From contig JBNZDD010013696.1 in the NCBI GenBank assembly GCA_050575255.1, forward strand, positions 6,455,672-6,519,671: a stretch of 64,000 nt of DNA, written 5' to 3'. Shown here one piece after another: positions 1 to 13,299 of the stretch. How positions within the stretch are numbered: position 1 is the stretch's first letter; every line of letters begins with the position of its first letter. The translations under genes and the position numbers were made by a program. The stretch is from Harriotta raleighana (lineage: Eukaryota). A model generated the notes under the pieces. The model saw only the letters and a program-made list of their open reading frames with translations, was not told the DNA's origin and did no database searches.

Positions 1-684
1 TTCTATTTAAAGCGATTACTGATGAATCTAATAAATTAGTGAGTTGTACATTGAGAGTATTTGATTATGAGTGTTGACCCTCTAAACTGACTTGCAATGT
101 CACTTAATGTGCGTAACTGAGCTTAATATGCAAAAGAACATTAGAGACTACAAGAATAGATTTCAGCAAAAAATAAAGATCATTTTAGGCTATGGATGGG
201 ATACTGGGGTGTGAACATGTTTTTATTGGAAGGAAGATTGGGAGAGGACAGGGGAATGGCTGGCAAAAGAAGTGGCTAATATCGTTTCACCCTTCCACTC
301 AGCATTAATACAATGGCAGCTCCAAATTCAATGGTTAAGATCTATTTCGAGGATGCTGAAGAACATGTTGTCCCAGGCCAGGGTCAATAGAAAATTGCAG
401 AAATATTTGCCAAACATTGCAGGAGAATTTGACAAATCTTGCCCGAAACTGCTGGGGGTAGATTGGTGCTGTTGAGAGGTACATTTTACTGCCAGCTTCT
501 ACATTTTTTCACTTTATTGATTAAAAACTAAGCATGAATATATAACCCATATAAGATCATAACAGAAAAAAAACTAATGCTCACTTTAACAAACCTGAGT
601 GGCTCACTGGGCCCCTGGGAAGCAAGGGAGTCAGTTCCAACTGCATTGCTCCAGGTCACCATCTCCTACCTCTCAAGGCCCGTC

Positions 685-1025
685 ACCACACACAGACACA
701 GAAAGACTCACACTCACATAAAGAGCCACACTCACAGAGAGAGAGACACACACACTCAGAATCATATACTCCCAGGAGAGAGAATCACACACTCAGAGAC
801 AGAAAACAGACAGACACACTCACAGAAAGACGCAAACACAGCCAATCAAAGACACAGAGAGACACACAGATTCGCAGACAATGAGCGATATCCACTCACA
901 GACACATACTTGCATTCATACAGAAGAGAGAGACACACTCACACACAGAGGAGATCGAGACAACATGCACTCATAGGGGAAAGAGACACACAGGCTCACA
1001 TACAGAGGAGATAAAGACAGACAAT
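685..1025. repeat. Degenerate (CA)n/(GA)n low-complexity tract
   Basis: Interspersed acacac/agagag runs; accounts for the spurious H/T/R-rich ORF 577-1014. Confidence 0.85.
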
Positions 1026-1794
1026 CAGAGCAGCAGGGCCTCAGGGTGAGCTAAGCCTGTTTCATGCTCACACCTCACATGCGCACCCAGAGCCGCTCCA
1101 CCCATAGTCATGTCGAGTAAACAACCAGCAACCGCGTAGGGGCCCAGGGCCCCAAGCTCACTGTGTTTGTACAGATTTGTAATCCGGGGCGGGGGCTGTG
1201 TATGTCTAGTAGATTCTGTGGAATTCTATTGGCCCAATTTATGGCCCAAGTCACTCTACCCTGCGTGGAGGGCGCTATATATAAGTGCAAGTTGTTGTTG
1301 TACATCTGCAATATCCCTTTAACTGCTGGAGGGGCTCTCACAGTTCCAAAAATTGTGCACTTTAATCAGTTTCAGAACCAAGAACGTAGCAATTCATTTG
1401 TAGACAATGAAGGAGTTTCTTTCTGAAGAGGAAACAGAAACAGAGAAAGAGAGAGAGAGAGTGAAAGAGTGTTTGCATCTTGCACTGCTACCATATTAGC
1501 ATGAATATCAGGTAGTTATTGCATAACCTCAGTTTGTTCCACCCAGCTTCTCAAAAGGAAAGAGATTCAATTTGATAATTATCCCTCTTTCTTACAGGTA
1601 TAGAACTGTAGGACACTTGCACAAAGCCCCAGACACAAAGGATGTTCAATTTCTACATACACTATATATAAAATATTAATCCTAATGAATGGACACAGGT
1701 ACAGCCCATTGAACTTGTGTGAGTTTCCATGATATTTACCTGCAGTTATGGTTGGAGCCTGAGGCCTCTTGCCTCTAAACAGTGAGCTTAGGGG

Positions 1795-2032
1795 GTTTGT
1801 CCATCTCGCAATCCCTTCACCTCTTTTCCTCCCTTTCCTCACTTAAGGCCGATCTCAAGACCTTCCTCTTCGACCGTGCTTTCTGCTCCCCTCCTAACTC
1901 TCCCCCCTTTCCTACTCTCCTTCCCCCTAGTCTAACCCCTTCCACACCAGCTCGGGTCCCTACCTAACTGTTCAGCACCTTGGGAGGTCCTCCCAACGAG
2001 AAAAGCGTTCTATAAATGTAATTTTGCTGTTG
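1795..2032 (+). mobile_element. L2 LINE 3' end (tail type a)
   Basis: SLSSLKADLKTFLFDRAF ORF2 C-terminus, then cagcaccttgggaggtcctcccaacgagaaaagcgttctataaatgtaattttgctgttg tail. Confidence 0.8.
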
Positions 2033-2960
2033 AAGTCCAAATCGTATTTTATTTATTGGGAGCAGGATATCACAATAAACCGGGAAGTTCTTTAAACATC
2101 CTTTGCAGGATGACTTTATAGGGACATTGTTCTAAAATGCACAGGGAATGGCCTAATTATCCTTAATAAAGCATATCAGTATTTGAGAAGGAGAGATCAG
2201 GCTTCTCATTTTGTCAAAAAAAACTGCTGAATAGATTATGAATTATTAAATTTATAATTTTGCTTTTTTTTGGCAGTTCCAGAGTGTCTGGTTTCTAATT
2301 GAACCTTCTTTTAGAATGATCCCAATTCCCAAGTATATTTTTCTTGCATACGTTGTGTTCCTTGAACATTCTGGTGGTGCAGTTTGTAGCATATTCAGCT
2401 GTGCAAGTAGTTGTCTCCTCCATCACTTACCCTTGTGACATACGTCTTCTTGTGGAAGTGGGGAGAAAGCAAATTAGAAATAGATGGATCCTGAACTGAC
2501 AGGCTTCAAAATGGACAAATTAGCTGTAGGCAAAAGCAGTTTTCACTTATAATTTCAGGCTCTAGATTTTCGCCAATTCGCCTGGTTATTGATTGGAAGA
2601 GAGTGTATTGTGGTACTGAAGTAATGGAATTGATTTCCATTTCAACAACAAACATTCTGGAAGGATTAGATTAAAATCTTATTCTTCCAAAAGGAAGGAT
2701 TTCAGGTCCTTCATCCTTCCCGGCAATCTTGACCTAAAGCTTTGATCTTCTCTGTGATAAACAACGTAAAGGCAGCCCACTGGACTGCCCAATTACTTAA
2801 ATATGTTTAAATATAAATAACATAAGTATGTTTAAGTATAAAACTTCATTTATAATTGACTGCAGTAAATCTAGAGGTAACTGCAGCCATAGAAGCATGG
2901 TAAATAGGAGCACTGATGTGGTTGGAAGAACAATCATATTCTGAATTTTAATGTGAACTA

Positions 2961-3814
2961 CAGTAAAATCCCATTTATCCAGCATCCACAGGACCTGACC
3001 AGTGGCGGTAAAACCGTTTTTCCGGTTGAATGGATTTATTTTTTAAAATTTAAGTGTAATTTTTTTAAAATTAAAATTATTTTAACACTCACCATATTAA
3101 TAATGGACTAAATAATAACAGAATATTCTATTAGTATATTATTATTTATACTTAACTTCGCAATTGCAGCACTGATTCGACTCGAGGTAAAAAATGCAAC
3201 TTTAAAAAGCAATAAGTTTAGACCTAACGGCCAGCGCGCGCGCGCGCACACACACAGACAGACAGACACACTCACAGAGAGACACAGACCCTCAAAGATA
3301 TTCGGTCTAAATCCATCATATAAATTCTGTCGTCCCCCCACCTGTCCCTTTCCTCTCTCTTCCTCCTTCCCTCTCTCTCTTTATGCATCAACCTGCCTGC
3401 CATTTCGCTCTTTCTCTCTCACTCCATTATGCTTTCCCCTATCTCTCTCTATCTCTCTCTCCCTTTCCCCCCTTTCTCATTCCCCCCCCACTCTCTTTCT
3501 CTGTCTCTCCATCCCCCCACCCCACTCCCTCTCTCTGTTTCCCGCCCCCCCTCCCCGCCCCGCTCCCTCCCTCTCTCTCTGGCCGCTACCTGCAGCAGTA
3601 TTTATTATGTACACAGTACTTTACTTCCCAATGACAGGCACATCTGAACGAGGTAAAAAACCGCGACTTTTAAAAGGACCCAGAATGAGTTTAGACCCAA
3701 CATTCAACGCATCTCTGAATAACTTCTGGTTAATCGGATCGGGATTTTTTTTTTGAGATGGCGGTTGAACGGGTTTTCCAATTATTTGAGTCACGGATAA
3801 ACAGGGTTTTACTG
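2961..3814. mobile_element. Non-autonomous Tc1/mariner (Tigger/pogo-like) element
   Basis: TA|CAGTAAAATCCCATTTATCC...GGATAAACAGGGTTTTACTG|TA imperfect TIRs with TA target duplication; internal CA and CT microsatellites. Confidence 0.8.
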
Positions 3815-4557
3815 TACTTTTGGAAATACAGTAGTTTGATTTCCTGAAGAAAATATTTGAATTGGTTTCTGCTATTTAGCCTTGATGTTTCTGTCAGTTC
3901 ATTTGATGTTCAGAATATAGTTGTACCTGGGGGTGAGAAAGGGAGTTACAGAAAGTTACTTTTCTACTTTTTACATTTAATTTATGGGACATATTTTGCA
4001 GAAAGATGTGATTTTGTTGCACCTACTACTTACTCTCTTTGGACTTGGATATCAGTCAATTTGAAAATTTTGGTTGATATGGACTACTACTTAACTAGTA
4101 ACTACTTAATGTTGCAATGGGAGGATAACAACATGGTATTCTGCAAGAATCAGATGCATGGACGGAAGTGTCTACTTCCTCTGGGCAAATCTGGTGATAT
4201 TGTGATGTTCTGATAAGGATCGCAAAAATTAAAACTTACATTGGATATTCTCCATAGTTACGTAGGGGTGCTGGGTATTCTCTATAGTTCTTTTCTAATA
4301 AGTTACTAGCTTGGCCATCACTTAGAAGGTTATGCTAATATTCACGGATTCAGTGTTAAATTCTCTTCTGTTTTTGGTATTAAAAATGACAGTTGAAATT
4401 CAATACTGAGCCTGATTTCTCTATTATGTAAAGGTCGATTTTTGGCCAACGTTTTCATAAAGGATTCTTTTGGGGGTAATCTGGAAAATTCTCCCATCCT
4501 ATGAAATGTCAGATAGCGATGTCACACGTGGACATGGACATCCAACAGAACATGGAG

Positions 4558-4620
4558 AATATATACATGACCAATATATACATGTCCAATATATATATGT
4601 CCAAAATATACAAGTCCAAT
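4558..4620. repeat. 15-bp tandem repeat (AATATATACATGTCC) about x4
   Basis: Directly visible; gives NIYMT/NIYMS repeats in the ORF track. Confidence 0.8.
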
Positions 4621-5417
4621 CTGTATTTTAAGTTTGCAGATTTTAGGGAAAGTTTTTCACTATTGTTCAATTGGGCTTCAAAATATATGTAATGGTATTC
4701 CCCTGAAAATATGTATTGCATATTTCAAGCAAGAAACATCACAACACAGGAATTGTTTAGTTTGCAAATGTATCTTTTGACAGATGACTGAAATTGATAT
4801 TTTCCCAAATTAAGACATTGATGTATCAGGATCTATTAAAGTCCAACTCTTCATAATAATAATAAAAAGTCTTACACTTTGGACTTTGAATAGCCAAAAC
4901 TGATTTTTTTGTTGAGATGTAGACATTTGTATTTATATATCATTTTTAGGAGGAAGCGTTATTTGAGTATGCAGTTTGTTCTTGCAATCTGAGCACTATG
5001 CTCATTGCAATCTGTTAGATAAATAATTTGTTCATCTTGTTTTCATGTGCTGCTATCCACAGTTACTACAATAATTTATTTCAAATATTATTCACAGGTA
5101 TGAAAAAATGATTTGGTGTTTTAGCTTCTATGCCTCCATAGCTTTATCATTAATACCTCAACAGTACACTGAACAGTTTTACATGTCATCTCCTTTGCTT
5201 TAGAGTCTGCAATATTGTATACTATAAATTACTTGAAATCTTCTTTGGACTCCATTCCAAACTAAAATAAAACAGAACACTGTTAATAAGTCAGAATAAT
5301 AGACAATGCATTAACATCTGAACTAATTCACAGAAAGAGAAGAGCTTTGGATGGTGAGCAACTTTACAATATTTTTGTCCAAATGAATTGAGTGAATAAT
5401 AGGGCAGATTGCATATA

Positions 5418-5876
5418 CAGTAAAATTCCAATAATCCGGCACGTTCGAGACCCAGGCCTAGGTCCCGAACATGCCGGATTATCTGAATTTTACTGTGTGA
5501 CATTGCCATCTGACATTTCAAAGGATGGGAGAACTGTGGATTATTGGACATTATTCTTAGGGATGGGAGAATTTGAGTGTGCTGTGCTTTTATCTATGTT
5601 ACATACCTGTATAGCGAAAACCAGAGCTCTTCCCAGTCCGGTGGAGCAGGCAGTCTGCCTAAAGAGGCATCGCACCTGCCAAAAGTTCATTTTTTTAAAA
5701 AAAACAATTGCATGAGTGAGGAAAATGCACCGAGGAAAATGCACCGAGCACTGTGAAGGTTCTCTGGGAAGAGATGAGCATAGAGATGTGCATATTGGAA
5801 AAAGACGGACCATCACAGATGCCGGATTATAAAGGATTCTGGATTAAACAGGTACCGGATTAAAGGAATTTTACTG
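5418..5876. mobile_element. Tigger-like MITE with subterminal GCCGGATTA repeats
   Basis: TA|CAGTAAAATTCC...GGAATTTTACTG|TA; the first 78 nt form a near-perfect palindrome. Confidence 0.8.
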
Positions 5877-6117
5877 TACAGTGAAACTGATAACTCACCT
5901 CTGAGATAATCAGGCAATCCAAAGAACTCGTCTCTCTCTCAATATAATAATAATTTGGTAGCCCAGCTCTTTGACATACGGAATGTTTATATGATCCTCT
6001 TGATAAATAGTCACCTTGGGTATCTCATAAGTCGTCACACTTTTAAAATGGTGTTTCCATTTTATGTACCTCCGATATTGCATCCTTTTATTTGGTCTTC
6101 AAATTGCTCAGTGATTC

Positions 6118-6826
6118 AGCCGCCGACTAAAGCCGATGATTCCTCGGCTGGCTGGCCCTACATGCAATGCATTCTTGGGTAAGTCCGATAACTCTTCGGC
6201 CTCGGAGCAACTTGATGGCAGGATAAACAGAAGAGACAAGAGAGAGAAAGAGTCTCATAACAGTAATGTAGCTGTGGTTTTATTGCTTTATTGCTTTATT
6301 TTTATTGCTTTATTGCTTTGTTATTGCTTTATAGCAATAAAGCGATAACAATCAATCAAAATTTTATTTATATAGCACCATTCACATCAGGAGGACGTCC
6401 CAAGGCGCTGTACAGTCAAGTGGGGGGAAGGGTCAGGGGAAGGAAAGTAGGAAACATTTACTGTATATTTGTGGGCGAAACGCGGCAGCCAAATTGTGCA
6501 CAGCAGTGTCCCACAAACAGTCATGGAAGTGAGGGGGGCCAGGGATGAAAGGGGGAAAGAGGGTAAGGGGAGGAGAAGGCCGCCTGCGGCTCTCTGCCCC
6601 CTGCCCCCACCCCCACCCCGAGCGGTTCTCTGCTCCCCCCACCCCCGAGCGGCTCTCTGCTCCCCCTCTCCTCCCTGAGCGGCTTTCTGTGGTTTGAGGG
6701 GGGTAGCCTGCAACTGGATTCCCTTAAACCCCCTTTTCCCATTACTTCGTAAGCTTACCCAACGCGGTTTTATTGAGTGCGCAGTTTTCCAGGAACGTAA
6801 CCCCCGCAATAGACGAGGGTTAACTA
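6118..6826 (+). mobile_element. 5'-truncated copy of the CAGTTAACCCTCG-TIR DNA transposon, with nested L2 tail and SINE fragments (about 6345-6530)
   Basis: Homologous to 21135-21616; ends gacgagggttaact. Confidence 0.8.
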
Positions 6827-7491
6827 TTTGATATTTTGTGATGGACATAGCCGTCTTCCACCTTCCATTATTTCATCTACTCACCCAGTGTGGGACAAAG
6901 TTAAATGGTTCCCTTTCCTGTGACCTTGTTTGTGTTCTGCTTCAGTTTTGTATTTCTGATCAGTTACCACACTTTATCATTCATACCATGAGTTGTGTTA
7001 TCAGCTTTCTTACACTTTATGTGTCCATTCAATTAATCTGTAAAATTTAGTTTTTGCATTCATATTTGAGCCACTCTTAAATACCTTAAAGATTTTCGTG
7101 AGCATCTTGAATTTATAAAAATTTAAGACATTTAGAAACTTCTTTCCCGCACCAATTCAAGTACTTTGTACTTTCAAGATACTGTACTTTGGTTAACTAG
7201 TCAACTCTGCTAAGCATTCATTTCAGCTATTTCCCTTGGGGTGACAAGTTATCAGAGTTTTACTGTAGTCTGCAGAAGGAATGGCCCACTTGGCCTCTTC
7301 TCATTCTTTATTTTCCTCCGTTCCCGGCTTCCTTCAACACATCTCCCAAATCTGTGAAGCATTCACTAACAGCATTAAAAACATATAAGAATAAAATTAT
7401 CTGGCACAAAAACTCAGCAACTCTAAAGATATATTAGCTGTGAAATATATTAATTCCATTCCATTTGCAACATACAATAGGATATAGGCAA

Positions 7492-7640
7492 GATAATAAT
7501 CCCTGCATTTGATATAGCACTTTTTACGTCTTTTAGACGTGTCAATGCACTTCACAGAATATGCTGTAAAGTGAATTGACTATATTTGAGGCGCGAAATG
7601 CGACAGGCAATTGCGCACAGCAGTGTCCCACAAACAGTCG
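7492..7640 (-). mobile_element. Young tRNA/L2-tail SINE, 3' half
   Basis: Reverse complement of the SINE body and tail seen at 39700-39862. Confidence 0.85.
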
Positions 7641-7736
7641 CTACAGGATACGAAGGCCTCCAACATGGTTCTTTCAAGAGTGCCTTTTGAGGAGGAGGAG
7701 AGAAACTTTACCTCACATTCATCCTGTGATATGTAT

Positions 7737-8130
7737 GTGTCAGTTTGGCTCACTGGTGGCACTCTCGTTTCTGAGTTAGAAAGTTGTGGGTTCAAATCCC
7801 AAATCGGAACTTGAACTGGTAGTGTGTTGCGTTGTCGAAGGCGCCATTCTTAGAATGAGTTGTAAACCCGAGGTCTCGTCTGCCTGTTCAGGTGGACATT
7901 AAAGATGCCATGTTACTGTTCGAAAAGAGAAGGAAGTTTCTCCTGATGTCCTTACCAACAATCCCCCCACAAATAAAAATTGGACACTTGTTTCATGGCT
8001 GTTAGTGGGACATTGTTATGTGCAAATGTGTTGCCGCATTTGCCTACAAATACTCCATTTCCCAGTATTTCCTGTGAAATGCTTACAGTCCTTTTGACCT
8101 GATACAGTGCTATATGCAAAGAATATTATT
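7737..8130 (+). mobile_element. DeuSINE-like (SacSINE1/AmnSINE1-type) SINE
   Basis: tRNA-like head (tggctcactggt...gggttcaaatcc), then a Deu-domain-like block gttgtcgaaggcgccattcttagaatgagttgtaaacccgaggtctcgtctgcctgttcaggtggacattaaagatgccatg, then an L2-type tail. Recognised from recalled consensus. Confidence 0.7.
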
Positions 8131-8587
8131 TTTCCATCTATAGTGTTTTTTGTTTTGCTAACATTGGGTGAAAAAACAGGACAATGTATCCTCCTTCAGA
8201 ACTGACATTCGTCACCTTGATATAACCTTATTGAATACATTGTGAAAGTTACCCCAGAAACTACCAGCAAATACAGTATACGCACAAAAGTTCTCTGAAA
8301 AACAACTTTGAAGATACATCAAACACCCAATGATTAAAACCAGTAATTATCAAGCAGATTAACATGCAACCAGGCAATCAAAAGATTAACCTACATTTTT
8401 GGGGAATGAGATTATTTCATCAGCAGTGTATAAAAAGTGGCCAAAAAATCAGCACTTTGAACTTCACTGCAGCTTGTGAAAATTAGAGCTAGTTGTTCTG
8501 AAACAACCACCCTTCAGTCAAATATTTGTGAAAACCATAAGTATAATGAATTATCTACACACAGTTAACTTGTATGACAAGACGTCA

Positions 8588-8697
8588 TTTCGCCCACAAA
8601 AATAGTCAATTCACTTTACAGTATATTCTGTGAAGCGCTTTGAGATGTCCAGAAGATATGAAAAGTGCTATATCAAATGCAATGATTATTATTATCA
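8588..8697 (+). mobile_element. Young SINE 3' tail
   Basis: cgcccacaaaaatagtcaattcactttacagtatattctgtgaagcgctttgag...(TTA)n. Confidence 0.85.
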
Positions 8698-9039
8698 TTT
8701 AATGTTACTATGTATTAACATAGTAAATGTGAAACTATAGTAAATATGAAAAATGCAAGTTTTCACAAATCAGCTTGGGTCTTGGAAGCAGTTGATAAAA
8801 TGGTCGTTAGGTAAACAAATCAGCCAATTTCAAAATACATACTGTGAGAAGTATTCATCCTCAAATAATTTGTAAATTAGCCTAGAAAATACAATCACTA
8901 CACTTTATAGTAATTCCGGTGAAGTGATTTGAGATGTCTTTGTCATGTGAAAAGCACTATTATCAAATCCAAGAATTATCATTATAAATACCATCGAAGA
9001 AGATGAGAACTCATTTCCCGACCTTCATGGTCTTTTTCC

Positions 9040-9120
9040 ATTTACCATCTGCTTCTTATTACTAAACCAGTTTTCTATCCAATTTAGTTAATTTTCCAAT
9101 AATTCCATGAGCTTTAACCT
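9040..9120 (-). mobile_element. CR1 LINE reverse transcriptase fragment
   Basis: Minus strand reads roughly VKAHGIIGKL..WIENWFSNKKQ, typical of CR1 RT. Confidence 0.6.
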
Positions 9121-10204
9121 ACAAAGCTCCCCCACTTGTATCTTTAGCAAATATATGCAAAGATAGTGGTCAGAAATTTAGAACATTTGGCCTAGCCACT
9201 AGAAGAGGAAAACAAGCACATTTTCAGCTGATGCATTTGACAATAAACTCACTTTTTTGTTTTCTGTATCCAAACGTTATGCCTTTGATTTCTTTAGTTG
9301 TTACATGAATTGAAAACTACCCTGATGTTTATGCAGCTGTAAACATTGACTTATGACCTCAGTAAATTAAGGGTATACTCCAGGGAACGCTTGTGTATGT
9401 TGTATTTGTGAGCTTTGCCTCGTATGCAAAAAAGTTCCAAAGCAAAATACTAACTGTTCATTAATTTATGGTCATTCATCTTATTGCTGTTGGAGAGACA
9501 TTTCTGGGACCGGTTAGCTGCCATGGTCACTAACATAATGATGGTCATTACACTTGAATATAATGCATCATGAAGTGCTTTCAATGTTTTTAGTGCGATG
9601 TTGTGCACTGAGTCAAAGTACAATTCTTATCATTTAAAATATAAGAGCTAATTCACGTATTGCAGCTTTCCATGCAAATCGTCCGAGTGGGATGAACAGA
9701 AGAAAAGGAATACTACCAGAAATGAGTTTTAATTCAGGTTTTAATTGAAGAACTTTTGTTTACTGGTTAAGCTTACACCATTGATTTATATGAATTTTCC
9801 CTGGAGCATTCCTTCAAAGACTTTCTTTCGTCAGATACAAAATTAGTTTTCTTTAAAACATTGGAATGCTTTTAGAGCTTTTAGTTTTGGTCATCAGCTG
9901 TATCATTTATGATCACTACAAACAGCAATCATTTTGCTCCATCTATTTAATGGTACAATGTAATATTTTATTTTGTTAACAATTTCCTTTAGTCTCGCTT
10001 ATTGGACATATATATCTTGTTTGATAAATCCCACAATGAAGATATTGTCAGCAATATTATGTAAAGTGGCTTTTTAATAATTTATCTGTCAGCCAAAACT
10101 AAAGTTTACAATAGTAACTGCATACATACTAACTTTTAACATGTACATGTACTTTTAACATCTTGTCATGTAGTTGAAACTTAAGAATATTTGTACATAT
10201 TTTC

Positions 10205-10765
10205 AGTATTCTGCATTCTCACCCGAACCAAACTGCCCTCCCTGATTACCCCAGACCTTGCCAGATTTCACTGGCTCCCTATCACAGAACGGATTGACTT
10301 CAAGATCCTGACTCTTGTGTTTAAATCCCTCCACTCTCTAACCTTCAGTTATAGCCCACAAATATACAGTCAATTTATTTTACAGTATATTTTGTGAAGC
10401 GCTTTGAGACGTCTAGAAGACACTTTAGTGTGAAAAACGCTATATGAACTGCAAGGCAATACCCGCTGCCTCCCCTCTACTGAATCTGGCCTCCTCCTTT
10501 ACCTCAAATTCTCCACTCCACCATAGGCGGCCGTGCTTTCAGTCACTACGCCCCAAAATTCCTGAACTATCTCCCTCAATCCCTCTGCCTCAACCCCTCC
10601 TTTTCCATTTTCAGGTCATGCCTGAAGACCTTTCTGTTCGACCGCTCCTACGGTCACCTTGCCCCTGCCCCTGGCTCGGCCTCGGTATCCACTTTCGTGA
10701 AGCGCTCTGAGATGCCATCTGGCGTGGAGGGCGCTCAATAAATCCATGTTATTGATGTTGATGTA
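10205..10765 (+). mobile_element. L2 3' fragment (tail type b) interrupted by a SINE tail at about 10352-10458
   Basis: ITPDLARFHWLPITERIDFKILTLVFKSLH is L2 ORF2; ends gtgaagcgctctgagatgccatctggcgtggagggcgctcaataaat. Confidence 0.85.
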
Positions 10766-11507
10766 TTAGCATGAGCGAAGCTTGGAATCAATAGCTTTTA
10801 CTCTCCAAATTAAAAGTTGTACCGTATAGTCCTGTAAACTGAATTATTAGTTGGTATTTTGCATCTATTACCAAGAACCAAGTGGAATATGATAAAGAGC
10901 TAATATTTCTAATCTTAAACGCATTGCACAAATTAAGAAAAAAGTCAATTTCAAAATCTAAATTCATTACCTGCAATGTGGGTGATGCAAACAACATGCA
11001 GGATGTGATGAAGTATCAGTTGTACCTGTTAATCCAGGTCTGTGCCACTTGTCCCACTTCCAGGTTCTGGTTGATATACAGTACTGTACCCATTGTTTAA
11101 GGAGAAAATATTCAGAAAGACAAAAAAACGCAAGGAATAAAGAGTAATACAGTACTAATACCGAGATTCACTCCTTCCAGTTGTTTCTTACGATGCATGA
11201 GATAATATTTAATTGTGATTCATTAAAAAAGAAAAACACTGAATGAGATTTGTTGAAGCTGATTTATCCTTCATTAAGAACACATCTGACACAAACTTTT
11301 ATTTAAAAAAAAAGTCAGCAATTTATAGAATTACAGTAGATTGATTGTTAAAGTACATTGTGAAATGTATTTCACAATGTAATCTTATGCAGTCAGATCC
11401 TTTTGGCTAATATAATATGCATTAGAGTAGTAAAATTATGGAACAAGCTCCCTAGGAAGATAGTGGAAGCAGAAAATGTGATTTGTTTCAAAAACAAGTA
11501 CAGTAGA

Positions 11508-11811
11508 TAATATTCCTTGTCTTTGATATAGCGCTTTTCACATCTTCTAGACGTCTCAAAGCACTTCACAGAATCTACTGTAAAGTGAATTGACTGTATA
11601 TTTGTGGGCAAAATGCAACAGCCAATTGCGCCCTGCAGTGTCTCACAAACAGTCGTGGATTGAAATGACCAATTTATTATTGTTTTAATTTTGAGGGATT
11701 ACAATTAGACTTGTGGAGTAAGGAAACTTGCCCAATGTTTCGTTCTGCCTGGAATCAAACCCATGTCTCTTATAAGGCAAGTGTTCTAACCACTGAGCTA
11801 CAGGATTTCAC
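11508..11811 (-). mobile_element. Full-length young SINE
   Basis: Minus strand has A box TAGCTCAGTGG, B-box-like GGGTTTGATTCC, body and L2-type tail. Confidence 0.88.
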
Positions 11812-13299
11812 AGTGGTAGAAAATAAAATCTCTAGATACATTGATTATTTCGGGATACGACATGTCAAGTGACTGCCAGGATCATGGAAGGTGAACTAGA
11901 TGATCACCTTGAAAGATATTCTTTTGCCTAGCAAAGGTTCTTAAATTCTTATGCCAGCAAAGGTTCTTAAATTCTTATATTAATAATATATAATACTATT
12001 GTCAAATACTTTCTTCCTATCTCTCCTAATAACATAATGTGAAACACTGTGTAAAATAGCTGTTAAAAAAAAGTGTTTATTATCAAACTTCTTATTTTGT
12101 GATGGTGAAATGTGAGTGAAATGTCCTAAGTACCCAGATGATTACACGGTTTAAGAGGTGGGGTGGGGGCATGATGAAATCTAAAGATGGGACTACAATA
12201 GTATCCTGTAAATCATCTTTAATGGCAAGCACTCGTGGGGGCATTCAGCCATTGTTAGTGTACCTTCATCAAAGCCCTGGCACTCAGTACACTTTCCCAC
12301 CGTACATACGGTTATTAATGGTTATTGCAAATGAAGTGTAGAGCATAAAGCCCTCTACTGACCTAAGTATGTACTTCATGTCAGTAGCTAGTGCAATGCT
12401 GCACTCTACAGGGGAGAAATTCCACCAGGGTTTTTTTAAACACAGCATTTCATAGTACTGTATCCAGAATTTGGCAAATTGTTGAAGTCATTTTCAATTT
12501 TGAAATCGGGCTTCTGCAGTTCTTAAAGTAACTTATTGAAAACCAGTTTCAAAATTAACGCTGTATTTACAAATTTGCTGCATACATTTGCTGCATAAAT
12601 AGAGAAAATCTACAGCCAGGTGCAAATTTTCCCCTTTTTAAAGTTGCTGTGAATGTATTTTTAGGGAATAGGGTTTCATATAAGGGGATTGAAAGTTGTA
12701 GCAATTCATAACTAATTCAATATAATCACATAGAATCTTTTGTGGAACACCATATCTATGGGACGTCCTCCCGACGTGAAAGGCGCAATATAAATAAATA
12801 AATTTTGATTGATTGATGCTATACTAACCCCAGGGGTTTTAAGAATGAAATCCTAAATTCAAGTGACTCAACAGACTAATTGAGATGTTTCAAGCTTTCG
12901 CTGTATTATTTGTACTTTTATTGCAACTTATGTGTAGTGATACTACATGGTGATCTTGCATCTACTTAGAATATAATTTCTCAGGAATTGCTCAATGTCA
13001 CATCTTCTAGATGTCTCAAAGCGCTTCACAGACTATACTGTAAAGTGAATTGACTGTATATTTGTGGGCGAATTTATATATTTCTTACCTTTTAGTAAGA
13101 AATATATAACACCCACCTACCTTTTCATATATTTTGCTAAAGTTGTCTCTGGTAAGATATGTGAAATAAAAACAGAATTATGCCCAATGCTTTTGGTGAA
13201 TAATGATTGCAAAAACTAGGCTCTAGTTCATTATATGATTGTTAGATTATCCTCCTAAATATCACTTTCGGGCTAATCCCAATAGGTTTGTCAATTGAA

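Noticed and set aside
598-625. WLTGP/LGPWE resembling a TSR WSTGPW motif
   Set aside because: Needs a frameshift, has no Cys pattern and no splice sites.
577-1014. 145-aa H/T/R-rich ORF
   Set aside because: Translation of CA/GA microsatellite-like sequence; no domain or splice support.
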